Shown here: piece by piece, positions 27,297-35,994 of the stretch
Position numbering within the stretch: position 1 is the first letter of the stretch
Layout of the letters: the number at the start of each line of letters is the position of its first letter
NCBI GenBank assembly: GCA_020724925.1
Contig: DYGC01000002.1
Span: 2,201-66,200, forward strand
Direction of reading: 5' to 3'
From: Candidatus Paceibacter sp.
Lineage (GTDB): Bacteria > Patescibacteriota > Patescibacteriia > DYGC01
Length of the DNA stretch: 64,000 nt
Made by a program: the position numbers and the translations under genes
The notes under the pieces: generated by a model
The model's input: only the letters and a program-made list of their open reading frames with translations
What the model was told of the DNA's origin: nothing
The model's database searches: none

Positions 27297-29720
27297 ATGG
27301 GTGAACCAGGAACGGAGAAAATTACCCTTTTTGGCCAAACTAATTTTCGTAATAAAAAAGTAAAATTTGGTATCAAAACTGATGATCGTCGTCGGCATAT
27401 TTATACTATCGGAAAAACTGGTATGGGTAAGTCGCAGCTTTTGGAGAACATGATTATTTCCGATATTCGCAATGGTTATGGCGCTTGTATGATTGATCCG
27501 CATGGCGATATGGTGGAAAATATTATTAAGTGCGTTCCTCGTAATCGCGTCAATGATATTATTTATTTTAATCCGGCGGATGTTGATTATCCAATTGCTT
27601 TTAACGTTTTTGAAAAAGTGGATGTGAAATATCGTCCGCTCGTGGCAAGTGGTGTGGTCGGTGTTTTTAAAAAGATTTGGGCCGATTCTTGGGGGCCACG
27701 TTTGGAATATATTTTAAACAATTGTATTTTGGCTTTGTTGGAAGCGCCGGATAGTACATTGTTGGGCGTTATGCGTATTTTGACTGATCGTAAGTATCGG
27801 GAGCAAGTGTTGCGTCATGTCACGGATCCGATGATTCGTTATTTTTGGACAAAGGAATTTTCCAAATATCCGGAAAAGGAAATTGCCATGATTATCAGTC
27901 CGATTCAAAATAAAGTGGGACAATATTTATCCAACGCCATGATTAGGAATATTGTTGGGCAACCGATTTCCACTATTAATTTGCGAGACGTGATGGATAA
28001 TAAAAAAGTGTTGTTATTGAATTTGTCTAAAGGAAGAGTCGGTGAAGATGCCAGTGCTTTGTTGGGAGCCTTGATGATTACTAAGATTCAGCTGGCCGCT
28101 ATGAGTCGTGTTGATATTCCGGAAAAAGAGCGTCAGGATTTTTATTTATATGTAGATGAATTGCAAAATTTTGCCACTGATAGTTTTGCCGGTATTTTAT
28201 CAGAAGCCCGAAAATATCGTTTGAATTTAACAATGGCTCATCAATATGTGGAGCAATTGCCGGAGACTTTGCAGGCAGCGGTTTTTGGTAACGTCGGGAC
28301 GATGATTGCTTTTAGGGTTGGTGCCACTGATGCTGAGTATTTGGCTAAAGAATTCGCACCGACATTTATTGAAGAAGATTTTGTTAATTTACCAAAATAT
28401 CATATTTATTTAAAATTGATGATTGATGGCGTCGCTTCTCAAGGTTTTAGTGCTAATACTTTACCACCAATCGCCAAGCCGGAAGGTTTTGAATCATTGG
28501 TGATTGAAAATACCCGCAAATTATATTCGCGGCCAATTGCGTCGGTGGAGCAAGAGTTGTTGGAGTGGTGGAATTTAAATGATCAACCAGTGCCAAGCAC
28601 CGAAGAAAAATCCTCTGAAGCAAAAGAAAAAAGTGAAGGGAACGAAGATGATGTTAGTTTGGCGGAGATGAGTGAAACTGTCAAAAATCAGGTGACAAAA
28701 ATGATTCAGCAGGAGCGTGAAGATCGCAAGCATGAAGAAAAAGTTGTTCAAGTGACAGAAGTGCCGATTGCTGTACCAAAAGAATTGGAAGTGAAGAAGG
28801 CGGCTGGTTTTGAAAAGTTGGAAAAACAAGTGGTTGCTCCGCTCGAAGAAAGCGAAGGAAAATTTAATTATGAGGCGGTTGATTGGTATAATATTGATAA
28901 GAAAACTAAAGAGTTGAGTTTTGATGGTAAATATATTTGTGATGTTTGCAGTGCTGATATGTTTTTAGATTTCGCCCCGCGTTTGGATAAACCGATTTTG
29001 TGTCAAAAATGCGTCAAGAAACGCGATAAATTTATGAAGCGTGTGAAACGAGAGCGCGAAGAAGAGAAAGCTTTAAGTTTGGCAGAGCGTCAAGCCACTC
29101 AACGTTTGGCACAAGTTTCCAAGCCGATTGTTAAAACGGAAAAACCGTCTGGTGAAAACCAAAAAGTGGAAGCTAAAAGAGTGACGTCGCCGAAGGCGAG
29201 TAATTGGGGAATGATGAAAACTAATATCAGCAAGGGACAATCGAAAAAAGCACCGGAGATTAAACCGGCCGCTAAGGTAACTTTTGAAAATGAAAATTTT
29301 GAGGATGATTTAAAGGATCTTTATGGGGATCTGGCTCAACGTCAACAACAAAAACCTTCTAAAAATCCGCAACGCCCCTTGCCTCCGGCCACGATTCGAA
29401 TCGTGGGCAAGCCGGTAGCCGTTAGTAAGTCCGTTCCGGAAGAAAAAAAAGTAAAACATGAACATTTGCATACTCATTATCATGTCCATGCGGATAAATC
29501 AGTCACGAACGTTGCTAATTCAAGCGATGGCTTCGCCCCTGCGGGGCTCGCCATGACGGGGGAGTTTGACACGAAAGGCGGTAACGTCGTCAAATCCACC
29601 GCGAACGTGCCAAAACCGGCATTTAATCCCTTCGCTGATGATGAGCAGAAACCGGCAAAAAGTGCTTTGAAAGATTTGGCCCCGGGCGAAGAAGTGAGCT
29701 TTTCCAAAGATGACAAATAG
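27297..29720 (+). CDS. VirD4/TraD-like (type IV coupling protein family) P-loop ATPase with long C-terminal extension
   Basis: Walker A GKTGMGKSQLLENMI, Walker B FYLYVDELQNFAT, EARKYRLNLTMAHQYVEQL (coupling-protein signature). The C-terminal ~380 aa are low-complexity with a CDVC...CQKC zinc-ribbon-like motif and HEHLHTHYHVHADKS. Confidence 0.78.
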   Translation: MGEPGTEKITLFGQTNFRNKKVKFGIKTDDRRRHIYTIGKTGMGKSQLLENMIISDIRNGYGACMIDPHGDMVENIIKCVPRNRVNDIIYFNPADVDYPIAFNVFEKVDVKYRPLVASGVVGVFKKIWADSWGPRLEYILNNCILALLEAPDSTLLGVMRILTDRKYREQVLRHVTDPMIRYFWTKEFSKYPEKEIAMIISPIQNKVGQYLSNAMIRNIVGQPISTINLRDVMDNKKVLLLNLSKGRVGEDASALLGALMITKIQLAAMSRVDIPEKERQDFYLYVDELQNFATDSFAGILSEARKYRLNLTMAHQYVEQLPETLQAAVFGNVGTMIAFRVGATDAEYLAKEFAPTFIEEDFVNLPKYHIYLKLMIDGVASQGFSANTLPPIAKPEGFESLVIENTRKLYSRPIASVEQELLEWWNLNDQPVPSTEEKSSEAKEKSEGNEDDVSLAEMSETVKNQVTKMIQQEREDRKHEEKVVQVTEVPIAVPKELEVKKAAGFEKLEKQVVAPLEESEGKFNYEAVDWYNIDKKTKELSFDGKYICDVCSADMFLDFAPRLDKPILCQKCVKKRDKFMKRVKREREEEKALSLAERQATQRLAQVSKPIVKTEKPSGENQKVEAKRVTSPKASNWGMMKTNISKGQSKKAPEIKPAAKVTFENENFEDDLKDLYGDLAQRQQQKPSKNPQRPLPPATIRIVGKPVAVSKSVPEEKKVKHEHLHTHYHVHADKSVTNVANSSDGFAPAGLAMTGEFDTKGGNVVKSTANVPKPAFNPFADDEQKPAKSALKDLAPGEEVSFSKDDK

Positions 29721-29784
29721 CTAAATAAATGATATAAAAATAACAGGGAGCTTATTTAAAAACCTGTTATTTTTTATTAAAAAT

Positions 29785-30963
29785 ATGAGTTTTAAAACCT
29801 TAAAATCGTTATTCTCCTTGCCAATATGTTTGCTGTTTTGTTTTTTCCCTTTATTGACCGGGGCAAGTACCTTGGATGAGGGATTGTTAAATGTAGATAA
29901 TAACGTTAGTCCTGAAAATCATGCTTATGAAGTTTTGGAAACGGTTTATTTGCCGGCGGAAGTGTTGAGCGTGAGCGAAGCGCAGGTCAGTGTAGAGGGA
30001 GGCGATAATTTGAGTTTTGTGTCAGTGCAAAAAGTAAAATTAGAGCTTAAAAAAGGGGAGTGGCGTGGGGAAATCGTAGAAATAAACAACGAATTGGCTA
30101 GCAACCCTTTGGACATGAAAGTTAAAACTGGTGAGCGACTGATGTTGCAAATTGATTTGATGAAAGATGGGCAACGCCAATATTTTTTGATGGATTATTA
30201 TCGTGTTCCGACCTTGTGGTTGATTGCCGCAATTTTTATCGGTTTTTTGTTGATTTTAGGCGGTTGGAAAGGTTTAAAAACTTTGTTGGCCCTGCTATTC
30301 TCGGTTTTGTTAATTTTTTATTGGTTTATTCCGCTGACCTTGTCTGGTAAAAATCCTTTATGGGCGGCCGTCGGCGTGGCGGCTTTGGGAACAGTGTTGG
30401 CTATTTATTTGATTGGCGGACGTAGTAAAAAAAGTGTAGCTGCCATTTTGGGAACTTTGGCCGGTATTGGTGTCGCTTTGTTATTTACTTATATTTTTAG
30501 TAAGTTGGCATATTTAAACGGTTTGAGTGGGGAGGACAGTCGAGCCTTGTTTGCCGCTTATCCGAATATCAATCCTTTACCTTTATTTTTCTCGGCGATT
30601 TTAATTGGGGCGATGGGCGCGGTGATGGATTCGGCAATGAGCGTCGCTTCGGCTATTTCTGAATTGAAAAAAAATATGCCGAACGCTCCTTTTTCTATTT
30701 TATTAAAAACCGGCATGGCAGTTGGTCGGGATGTTATGGGAACGATGACCGATACTTTGATTTTGGCTTACGTTGGTGTGTCTTTACCAATGTTGGTTTT
30801 GTATTATGGGGCCGGCAGTGGGGGCGTCGGGGCTTTCTTGAATTTTGATTTTGTGGCCGAAGAAATTGTTCGTTCAATCGGTGGCACTTTGGGATTGATT
30901 GCTTCTATACCTTTAACTGCGGTGATTGCTGCTAAATTGGAAAGTCATCATTTCAAAAAATAA
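29785..30963 (+). CDS. YibE/F family membrane protein
   Basis: Signal peptide, extracytoplasmic N-domain, then about 7 TM helices with GAMGAVMDSAMSVASAISEL, the typical YibE/F motif. Confidence 0.68.
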   Translation: MSFKTLKSLFSLPICLLFCFFPLLTGASTLDEGLLNVDNNVSPENHAYEVLETVYLPAEVLSVSEAQVSVEGGDNLSFVSVQKVKLELKKGEWRGEIVEINNELASNPLDMKVKTGERLMLQIDLMKDGQRQYFLMDYYRVPTLWLIAAIFIGFLLILGGWKGLKTLLALLFSVLLIFYWFIPLTLSGKNPLWAAVGVAALGTVLAIYLIGGRSKKSVAAILGTLAGIGVALLFTYIFSKLAYLNGLSGEDSRALFAAYPNINPLPLFFSAILIGAMGAVMDSAMSVASAISELKKNMPNAPFSILLKTGMAVGRDVMGTMTDTLILAYVGVSLPMLVLYYGAGSGGVGAFLNFDFVAEEIVRSIGGTLGLIASIPLTAVIAAKLESHHFKK

Positions 30964-30980
30964 ATCATAAACTTTAATTT

Positions 30981-32759
30981 ATGCGGACGAATTTTTGGAA
31001 AAAATTTTTTCGCGGTGGAGCGTTGACCTTTTTGTTGGTCAGCGTTTTTTTGTTTTTACCGCAAGCTGGTCAAGCTGATGAAACAAGCGAATGGCAAATC
31101 ACAGATTATCAGGTTTTAATTAAGCCAATTGCTAATGATTATAAGATTAGGGTGACGGAAAAAATCAATGGTGATTTTTATACTTTGCATCATGGGATTT
31201 ATCGGTACATGCCGGTCTTCATGAAAGATACCGCCTTTACGCAAGCACGTTTATTGGTGAATGATGTTAAGGTTACCATTGATAGTGGTTTCAGTCATCC
31301 TTACACCTACAGCGATAATGGACAAATTTATTTAAAAATTGGTGATCCGGATGCTACTTTTTCCGGTCCGCGTTTATATAATATTGATTACACGATTGTT
31401 AACGGTGGTTGGCGTTATTTTGAGGACAAACAAGAAGCGGAAATTTATTGGAACGCGGTTGGGACTGATTGGCCGGTTAATATTGAAAAAGTTTCAGTAA
31501 TTTATGATTTTAGTGAATGGGCTAATTTCAACTTGGCCGAAGCCCCGTCCGCTTGCTATACCGGCGTTCATGGGGCCACGGGAACTGATTGTACTTTACG
31601 AGTGGATGGACAAAAATTGCTTGTGGAAAGTACACGTTTGCTAACTCCAGGGGAAGGTTTGACAGTCGCGGTGGCCGTCCCTTTGCATTTGGTGCCACGT
31701 CCGAGTACTTGGGAAGCGATGATTTTTTGGATCAAAGGCAATGGTTTAGCCTTTATTCCATATTTGTGGCTTTTAGCAATGATTTATGTTTGGTTTAAGT
31801 GGGGGAAAGATAAAAAAGACGAGCGGTCTTTAGTGGTGGAATATACTGCTGTTGATCAATTACCTCCAGCTACGATGTATCAAGTGTTAAAACAACGTAA
31901 TAATAAAGATTATTTAACCGCGGAAATTATCTATTTGGCCACGCGCAAACACATTAAAATTGAAAAAACTGAGAAAACCGGATTTTTTGGAGGGAAAAGC
32001 GATGATTACGCCATTGTATTGCTAAATAAAAATTATCTGACAGATCAGTCTTTAGCCGGTTATCAAGTGATGATTTTAGATTTATTGTTTCATCATAACC
32101 CGGAAAGATTTGTTTTATCTGAAGTGAAAAATGTGATGCGGGCCACGCCAACTTATTATCAAAAACAGTTTTCCGCTATTCAAAAAGAAATTAATCGTGA
32201 AGTTAAAGACGGGCAATATTTTGTTTTAACTCCCAATGTTTCATTGTTTATTACGATTGGCTTTTTGGCAACCCTTTGGTTTAGCATGGCCTTTGCCTCT
32301 GTCATGAATGAATATTTGATTCCTTTGTATTTGATTAATTTGATGATAGTTTCGGTTTTGGTATTTTTGATTGGCTTTTTTGGCATGGCCAAATATACGG
32401 ATAAAGGTTTGGATGCTCGTTGGAAATTGCGGGGCTTGGAAATGTATTTAAAAACCGCCGAAGCCGAGCGTTTTAAGTTTGGTGAGTTGACTGATTTGTT
32501 TGAAAAATTATTGCCTTACGCCATTGCGATTGGTTTATTAAAAAAATGGTTGAAAATTATGGGAGAAATCTACAAAACTCCTCCGGAATGGTATAATGAT
32601 AAGGATTTTGCCACGATGGGCATGGCCGGTTTGGCCGGTTCCCTGAATGATATGGGCAACAGCATTAGTCGTGCCATGTCAGATGCTCGTTCTTCCGGTT
32701 CCAGTGGGGGCGGATCGTCCGGCGGCGGTGGTGGCGGCGGCGGGGGCGGTGGTTGGTAG
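30981..32759 (+). CDS. DUF2207 domain membrane protein
   Basis: Signal peptide, extracellular beta-rich domain (YWNAVGTDWPVNIEKVSV), TM helices, AEAERFKFGELTDLFEKLLPYAIA block, and a Gly-rich tail SGGGSSGGGGGGGGGGGW, characteristic of DUF2207. Confidence 0.8.
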   Translation: MRTNFWKKFFRGGALTFLLVSVFLFLPQAGQADETSEWQITDYQVLIKPIANDYKIRVTEKINGDFYTLHHGIYRYMPVFMKDTAFTQARLLVNDVKVTIDSGFSHPYTYSDNGQIYLKIGDPDATFSGPRLYNIDYTIVNGGWRYFEDKQEAEIYWNAVGTDWPVNIEKVSVIYDFSEWANFNLAEAPSACYTGVHGATGTDCTLRVDGQKLLVESTRLLTPGEGLTVAVAVPLHLVPRPSTWEAMIFWIKGNGLAFIPYLWLLAMIYVWFKWGKDKKDERSLVVEYTAVDQLPPATMYQVLKQRNNKDYLTAEIIYLATRKHIKIEKTEKTGFFGGKSDDYAIVLLNKNYLTDQSLAGYQVMILDLLFHHNPERFVLSEVKNVMRATPTYYQKQFSAIQKEINREVKDGQYFVLTPNVSLFITIGFLATLWFSMAFASVMNEYLIPLYLINLMIVSVLVFLIGFFGMAKYTDKGLDARWKLRGLEMYLKTAEAERFKFGELTDLFEKLLPYAIAIGLLKKWLKIMGEIYKTPPEWYNDKDFATMGMAGLAGSLNDMGNSISRAMSDARSSGSSGGGSSGGGGGGGGGGGW

Positions 32760-32764
32760 ACCAC

Positions 32765-32854
32765 ATTGCTTTGCTTCGTGCCTTCGGCACTCGCAATGAC
32801 AGGCGTTATTGCAGGCCGTCATTGCGAGGCACAAAATGCCGAAGCAATCACGTG
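32765..32854. repeat. inverted pair of GTCATTGCGAGG...GAAGCAATC repeat units
   Basis: ATTGCTTTGCTTCGTGCCTTCGGCACTCGCAATGAC (32765-32800) and GTCATTGCGAGGCACAAAATGCCGAAGCAATCACGTG (32818-32854) are inverted relative to each other. Lies directly after the DUF2207 stop. Confidence 0.8.
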
Positions 32855-32885
32855 ATTAAAAAATAAACGTTCTCAAAAAATTCCT

Positions 32886-35501
32886 ATGCGAATAAAAAAA
32901 CAAATCGTGCTCACCTTTCTCTCCCTGCTGGGGCTTTTTGCGTTTTTCAATGTGCTACCGGCACGGGCTGAGGATGACAGTAATGCTTGGCGTATTAATG
33001 ATTATCAGGTTTATGTGAGGCCAATCGCCAACAGTTATGCCGTTTCCGTTCAAGAAAATTTACAAGTGACGTTCACTGAAGAAAGCCGTGGTATTATTCG
33101 GGATATTCCTTATAATGAAGCTCCGAGTGAATGGGAGCAAGCACCTTTGTATTATGAATCAGTGAGTGTTACTGATTTTGACGATAATCCTTTGACTAAT
33201 ATTTATTATCATGAATATGATGCTTTTCATATTCGCGTCGGCGATGCTGATCGTTATTTGTTAGGACCACAAAATTATCGTTTGAATTTGGAAATTGGCA
33301 ATGGAATGTGGCGTTATTTTAATGATCACGCGGAAATTTATTGGAACGCTATCGGTCATAATTGGCCAACTTATATTGATAAAAGTCAGGTAGTGATTGA
33401 TTTGAGTTCCTGGGATTTAGATTGGTCGCGCGTGCAAGCGATTTGTTATACTGGTGAGCAGGGAAGTAAAGAACAGGATTGTTTAGCACAAATTGATGAT
33501 AAGCAAAAAAAGATTACGATTAGCACTTTGCGAACTTTATGGCCATCCGAAGGTTTAACTTTTGCGGTCAGCGTTCCTTTAGAAAGTGTACCCAAACCAC
33601 CGCCTTTTGAATTGGTGCCCAATGCCAATATGCAGGTGGATAATCTGAAAGTTTTGTTTAAACCGTTACCTGATAGTCAAACCGTTCAAGTAACGGAAAG
33701 TTTTAATGCTTTGTATCGTAACACTCGAGAAAGATTATTGTTTCAATTGTATAATTATTGGGATGAGGAATTATTAAAAAGAAATTTTTTATATTTGGAT
33801 AATGGTGACAGTAATCATCACATTGCTTTTGGTAAGCCCGGTGATTATGGTTACTATGACGCGGCCGGTTTAATTTATTTGAATCACGATGATTTGAAAG
33901 ATCCGCGTTATGATTTTTCTTATGATATTTTGCACGGTGCTTGGTATTGGAAAGACCAGATGGCGACTTTTGCTTGGGAATTGGTGAATTATGATTGGAT
34001 GGCTTTGGTGAATGATGCCCGCGTGACCGTTGATTTAAGTGATTTTAATATTCCGGATGAGCAAATTCATGCCAGTTGCTATGTTTCCGCTTATACTGAA
34101 TATGATCCTTGCGTGATTGAAAAATCACAGGGACAATTAGATATTTCCCTTAATCGACGGTTAATGCCGGAAGAAATTTTAATGATTTATGTTAGTGTCC
34201 CGGAACAATATATTCCTCAAAAAATTTCTTTTGCTTTATGGTTGAAAATTTATTGGCCGTTAGTTTTGTTAATTGTGTTATCTTTGTTTTCGTTATGGGG
34301 CGTGTGGCAGTGGCGAGCTTCTTTGCGTAAAGAGCGAGCAGTCTTGGCGCAATATGATAGTGTTGATAAATTGCCGCCTGGTTTAACCGCTTTGATTAAT
34401 AGTCATGGTTGGAAGAATGATTACTGGACAGCCGAAATTATTTATTTTGCTACCCGTAAATATATTAAAATTGAAAATCGTGCTAAAACCGAAGAAGCGT
34501 CCGATCAGTATGTTCTAAAATTATTAAAAAGTGATTATAAAAATGATGTCGGTTTATTGCAATATCAAAAAGACTTGCTGACTTTGTTGTTTGAAGGAAA
34601 AAGTGAGTTTGATTTATCCACGGTAAAGGCTTGGTCCAGTGTCAAAAAAGAACAAATGTATACGGCTTTTGTGAAACTAAGGACAGCCGCTAGCAACGAT
34701 TTGGTGGAAAAAGAATATTTTAAAAAATCTTATGCCGGCGGATTTTCAGTTTTTTTGTCAGTGATTTTGATGTTCGCGGCATTTTGGTTTTTAGTGCCGT
34801 GGTGGCAAGGCTTTTTCTCCATGCCTTTTAAACAGTATTTTATCAGTCCTTATACTTATTTTGGCTTATTGTTGCCGATGGTGCTCGTTTATTTTCGATT
34901 AAAAGTATTTAAGATTAAAGTTTGGCCGATGGTAATTTTGGTGTTATTGATAGTGACTGCCATGACAGCCTTGCCTTTCTTGCCACCAAATTATGATTTG
35001 TTGTTGTTTGGAACCTTGATATTTTTAGCTTTGTTTGTTCTTTTTGCGATTCCCTATTGGTTAATTTTTACAGACAAGGGTTTGGATGGATATTGGCATA
35101 ATTTAGGTTTGATTGATTATCTGAAATCCGCCGAAGCAGAACGTTTCAAGTTTGGAGAGTTGACTGATTTGTTTGAAAAATTGCTGCCTTATGCGATTGC
35201 TTTTGGATTTTTAGGAAAATGGGCGGCAATTATGAAGGAAATGTACAAACAACCGCCGGAATGGCTGAATGATAAAAGAGGTTTGGTGAAATCAATGACC
35301 GCTTTGAATGGTTTGTCATTGGCAATGAATGGTTTGAACAAAGCCTTGCAAGCCGGTCACGCGGCCGGAGTGGCAAGTCGTTACGGAAGCGGGGGCACGT
35401 CTTATCGCAGCGGCGGATCAAGCGGTGGTTTCTCGGGATTTTCCGGGGGCGGAGGGTTTTCCGGTGGCGGTAGCGGCGGCGGTGGTGGCAGTCGTTGGTG
35501 A
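32886..35501 (+). CDS. DUF2207 domain membrane protein with duplicated ectodomain
   Basis: Two successive copies of the N-terminal ectodomain (YWNAIGHNWPTYIDKSQVVIDLS and a second, more divergent one around WELVNYDWMALVNDARVTVDLS). Same AEAERFKFGELTDLFEKLLPYAIA block and a Gly-rich tail ending SRW. Confidence 0.8.
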   Translation: MRIKKQIVLTFLSLLGLFAFFNVLPARAEDDSNAWRINDYQVYVRPIANSYAVSVQENLQVTFTEESRGIIRDIPYNEAPSEWEQAPLYYESVSVTDFDDNPLTNIYYHEYDAFHIRVGDADRYLLGPQNYRLNLEIGNGMWRYFNDHAEIYWNAIGHNWPTYIDKSQVVIDLSSWDLDWSRVQAICYTGEQGSKEQDCLAQIDDKQKKITISTLRTLWPSEGLTFAVSVPLESVPKPPPFELVPNANMQVDNLKVLFKPLPDSQTVQVTESFNALYRNTRERLLFQLYNYWDEELLKRNFLYLDNGDSNHHIAFGKPGDYGYYDAAGLIYLNHDDLKDPRYDFSYDILHGAWYWKDQMATFAWELVNYDWMALVNDARVTVDLSDFNIPDEQIHASCYVSAYTEYDPCVIEKSQGQLDISLNRRLMPEEILMIYVSVPEQYIPQKISFALWLKIYWPLVLLIVLSLFSLWGVWQWRASLRKERAVLAQYDSVDKLPPGLTALINSHGWKNDYWTAEIIYFATRKYIKIENRAKTEEASDQYVLKLLKSDYKNDVGLLQYQKDLLTLLFEGKSEFDLSTVKAWSSVKKEQMYTAFVKLRTAASNDLVEKEYFKKSYAGGFSVFLSVILMFAAFWFLVPWWQGFFSMPFKQYFISPYTYFGLLLPMVLVYFRLKVFKIKVWPMVILVLLIVTAMTALPFLPPNYDLLLFGTLIFLALFVLFAIPYWLIFTDKGLDGYWHNLGLIDYLKSAEAERFKFGELTDLFEKLLPYAIAFGFLGKWAAIMKEMYKQPPEWLNDKRGLVKSMTALNGLSLAMNGLNKALQAGHAAGVASRYGSGGTSYRSGGSSGGFSGFSGGGGFSGGGSGGGGGSRW

Positions 35502-35502
35502 T

Positions 35503-35668
35503 GGCGTCATTGCGAGCGACAGCGAAGCAATCACGTGGGGTATTGATTCACGAGGTTGCTTCGGTGCTATGCACCTCGCAATGACGAGCGGCGTTCACGT
35601 TTTGGTGGACCGTCGCCTCGCAATGACGAGCGGCGTTCACGTTTTGGTGGACCGTCGCCTCGCAATGG
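35503..35668. repeat. GTCATTGCGAG repeat cluster including a 42-nt tandem duplication
   Basis: GTCATTGCGAGCGACAGCGAAGCAATCACGTG, then the inverted unit TTGCTTCGGTGCTATGCACCTCGCAATGAC. The 42-nt unit CCTCGCAATGACGAGCGGCGTTCACGTTTTGGTGGACCGTCG is at 35574-35615 and 35616-35657 (identical), with a partial third copy to 35668. Confidence 0.85.
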
Positions 35669-35696
35669 GAACTTTTTATTCATAATTATAAAATCT

Positions 35697-35792
35697 ATGA
35701 TGATTGGTATCGCTGCCTTGTTAATTCTTGGCATTATCATCGGTGTGACGGTCTACGCCGGAGTGCAGGATGAGAAACGTAATAAAAAATAA
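35697..35792 (+). CDS. possible 31-aa single-TM peptide
   Basis: MMIGIAALLILGIIIGVTVYAGVQDEKRNKK: hydrophobic helix plus a basic tail. No clear RBS; the longer track ORFs upstream run through the repeat array. Confidence 0.3.
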   Translation: MMIGIAALLILGIIIGVTVYAGVQDEKRNKK

Positions 35793-35805
35793 TGTGGGTT
35801 AATAG

Positions 35806-35968
35806 GTCATTCCGGAATTTTTCCTAAGGAAAAATGTCCGGAATCCCGTGGGCGAAGCTATTCTTGCTATCTCGGGATCCCGGACAAAAATTTTTTCAAA
35901 AATTTTTTCCGGGATGACACATTACGGCCGAGGGCGAATGACAAACGCATCCTATTTCACGAACATTC
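35806..35968. repeat. composite palindromic repeat (GTCATTCCGGA / CCGGGATGAC hairpins plus reversed GGGCGAATGACA-CACGAACATTC unit)
   Basis: GTCATTCCGGAATTTTTCC-TAA-GGAAAAATGTCCGGAAT hairpin. ATCCCGGACAAAAATTTTTTCAAAAATTTTTTCCGGGATGAC hairpin. Then GAGGGCGAATGACAAACGC...CACGAACATTC, the reverse orientation of the GAATGTTCGTG...GGGCGAATGACA unit seen at 19137 and 40441. Confidence 0.7.
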
Positions 35969-35994
35969 TAAAAATGAATTATTAATAACGATCA

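Noticed and set aside
35574-35668. Possible CRISPR array (also considered for 50516-50584)
   Set aside because: These are only 2-3 directly abutting repeat copies with no unique spacers between them, and there are no cas genes in the window. They are simple tandem duplications.
35425-35792. 86-aa and 78-aa ORFs across the GTCATTGCGAG repeat array
   Set aside because: Their sequences (…LAMTSGVHVLVDRRLAMTSGVHVLVDRR…, …RNDERRSRFGGPSPRNDERRSRFGGPSP…) are just translations of the 42-nt tandem repeat. Only the last 31 codons (35697-35792) might be a real small TM peptide, kept at low confidence.
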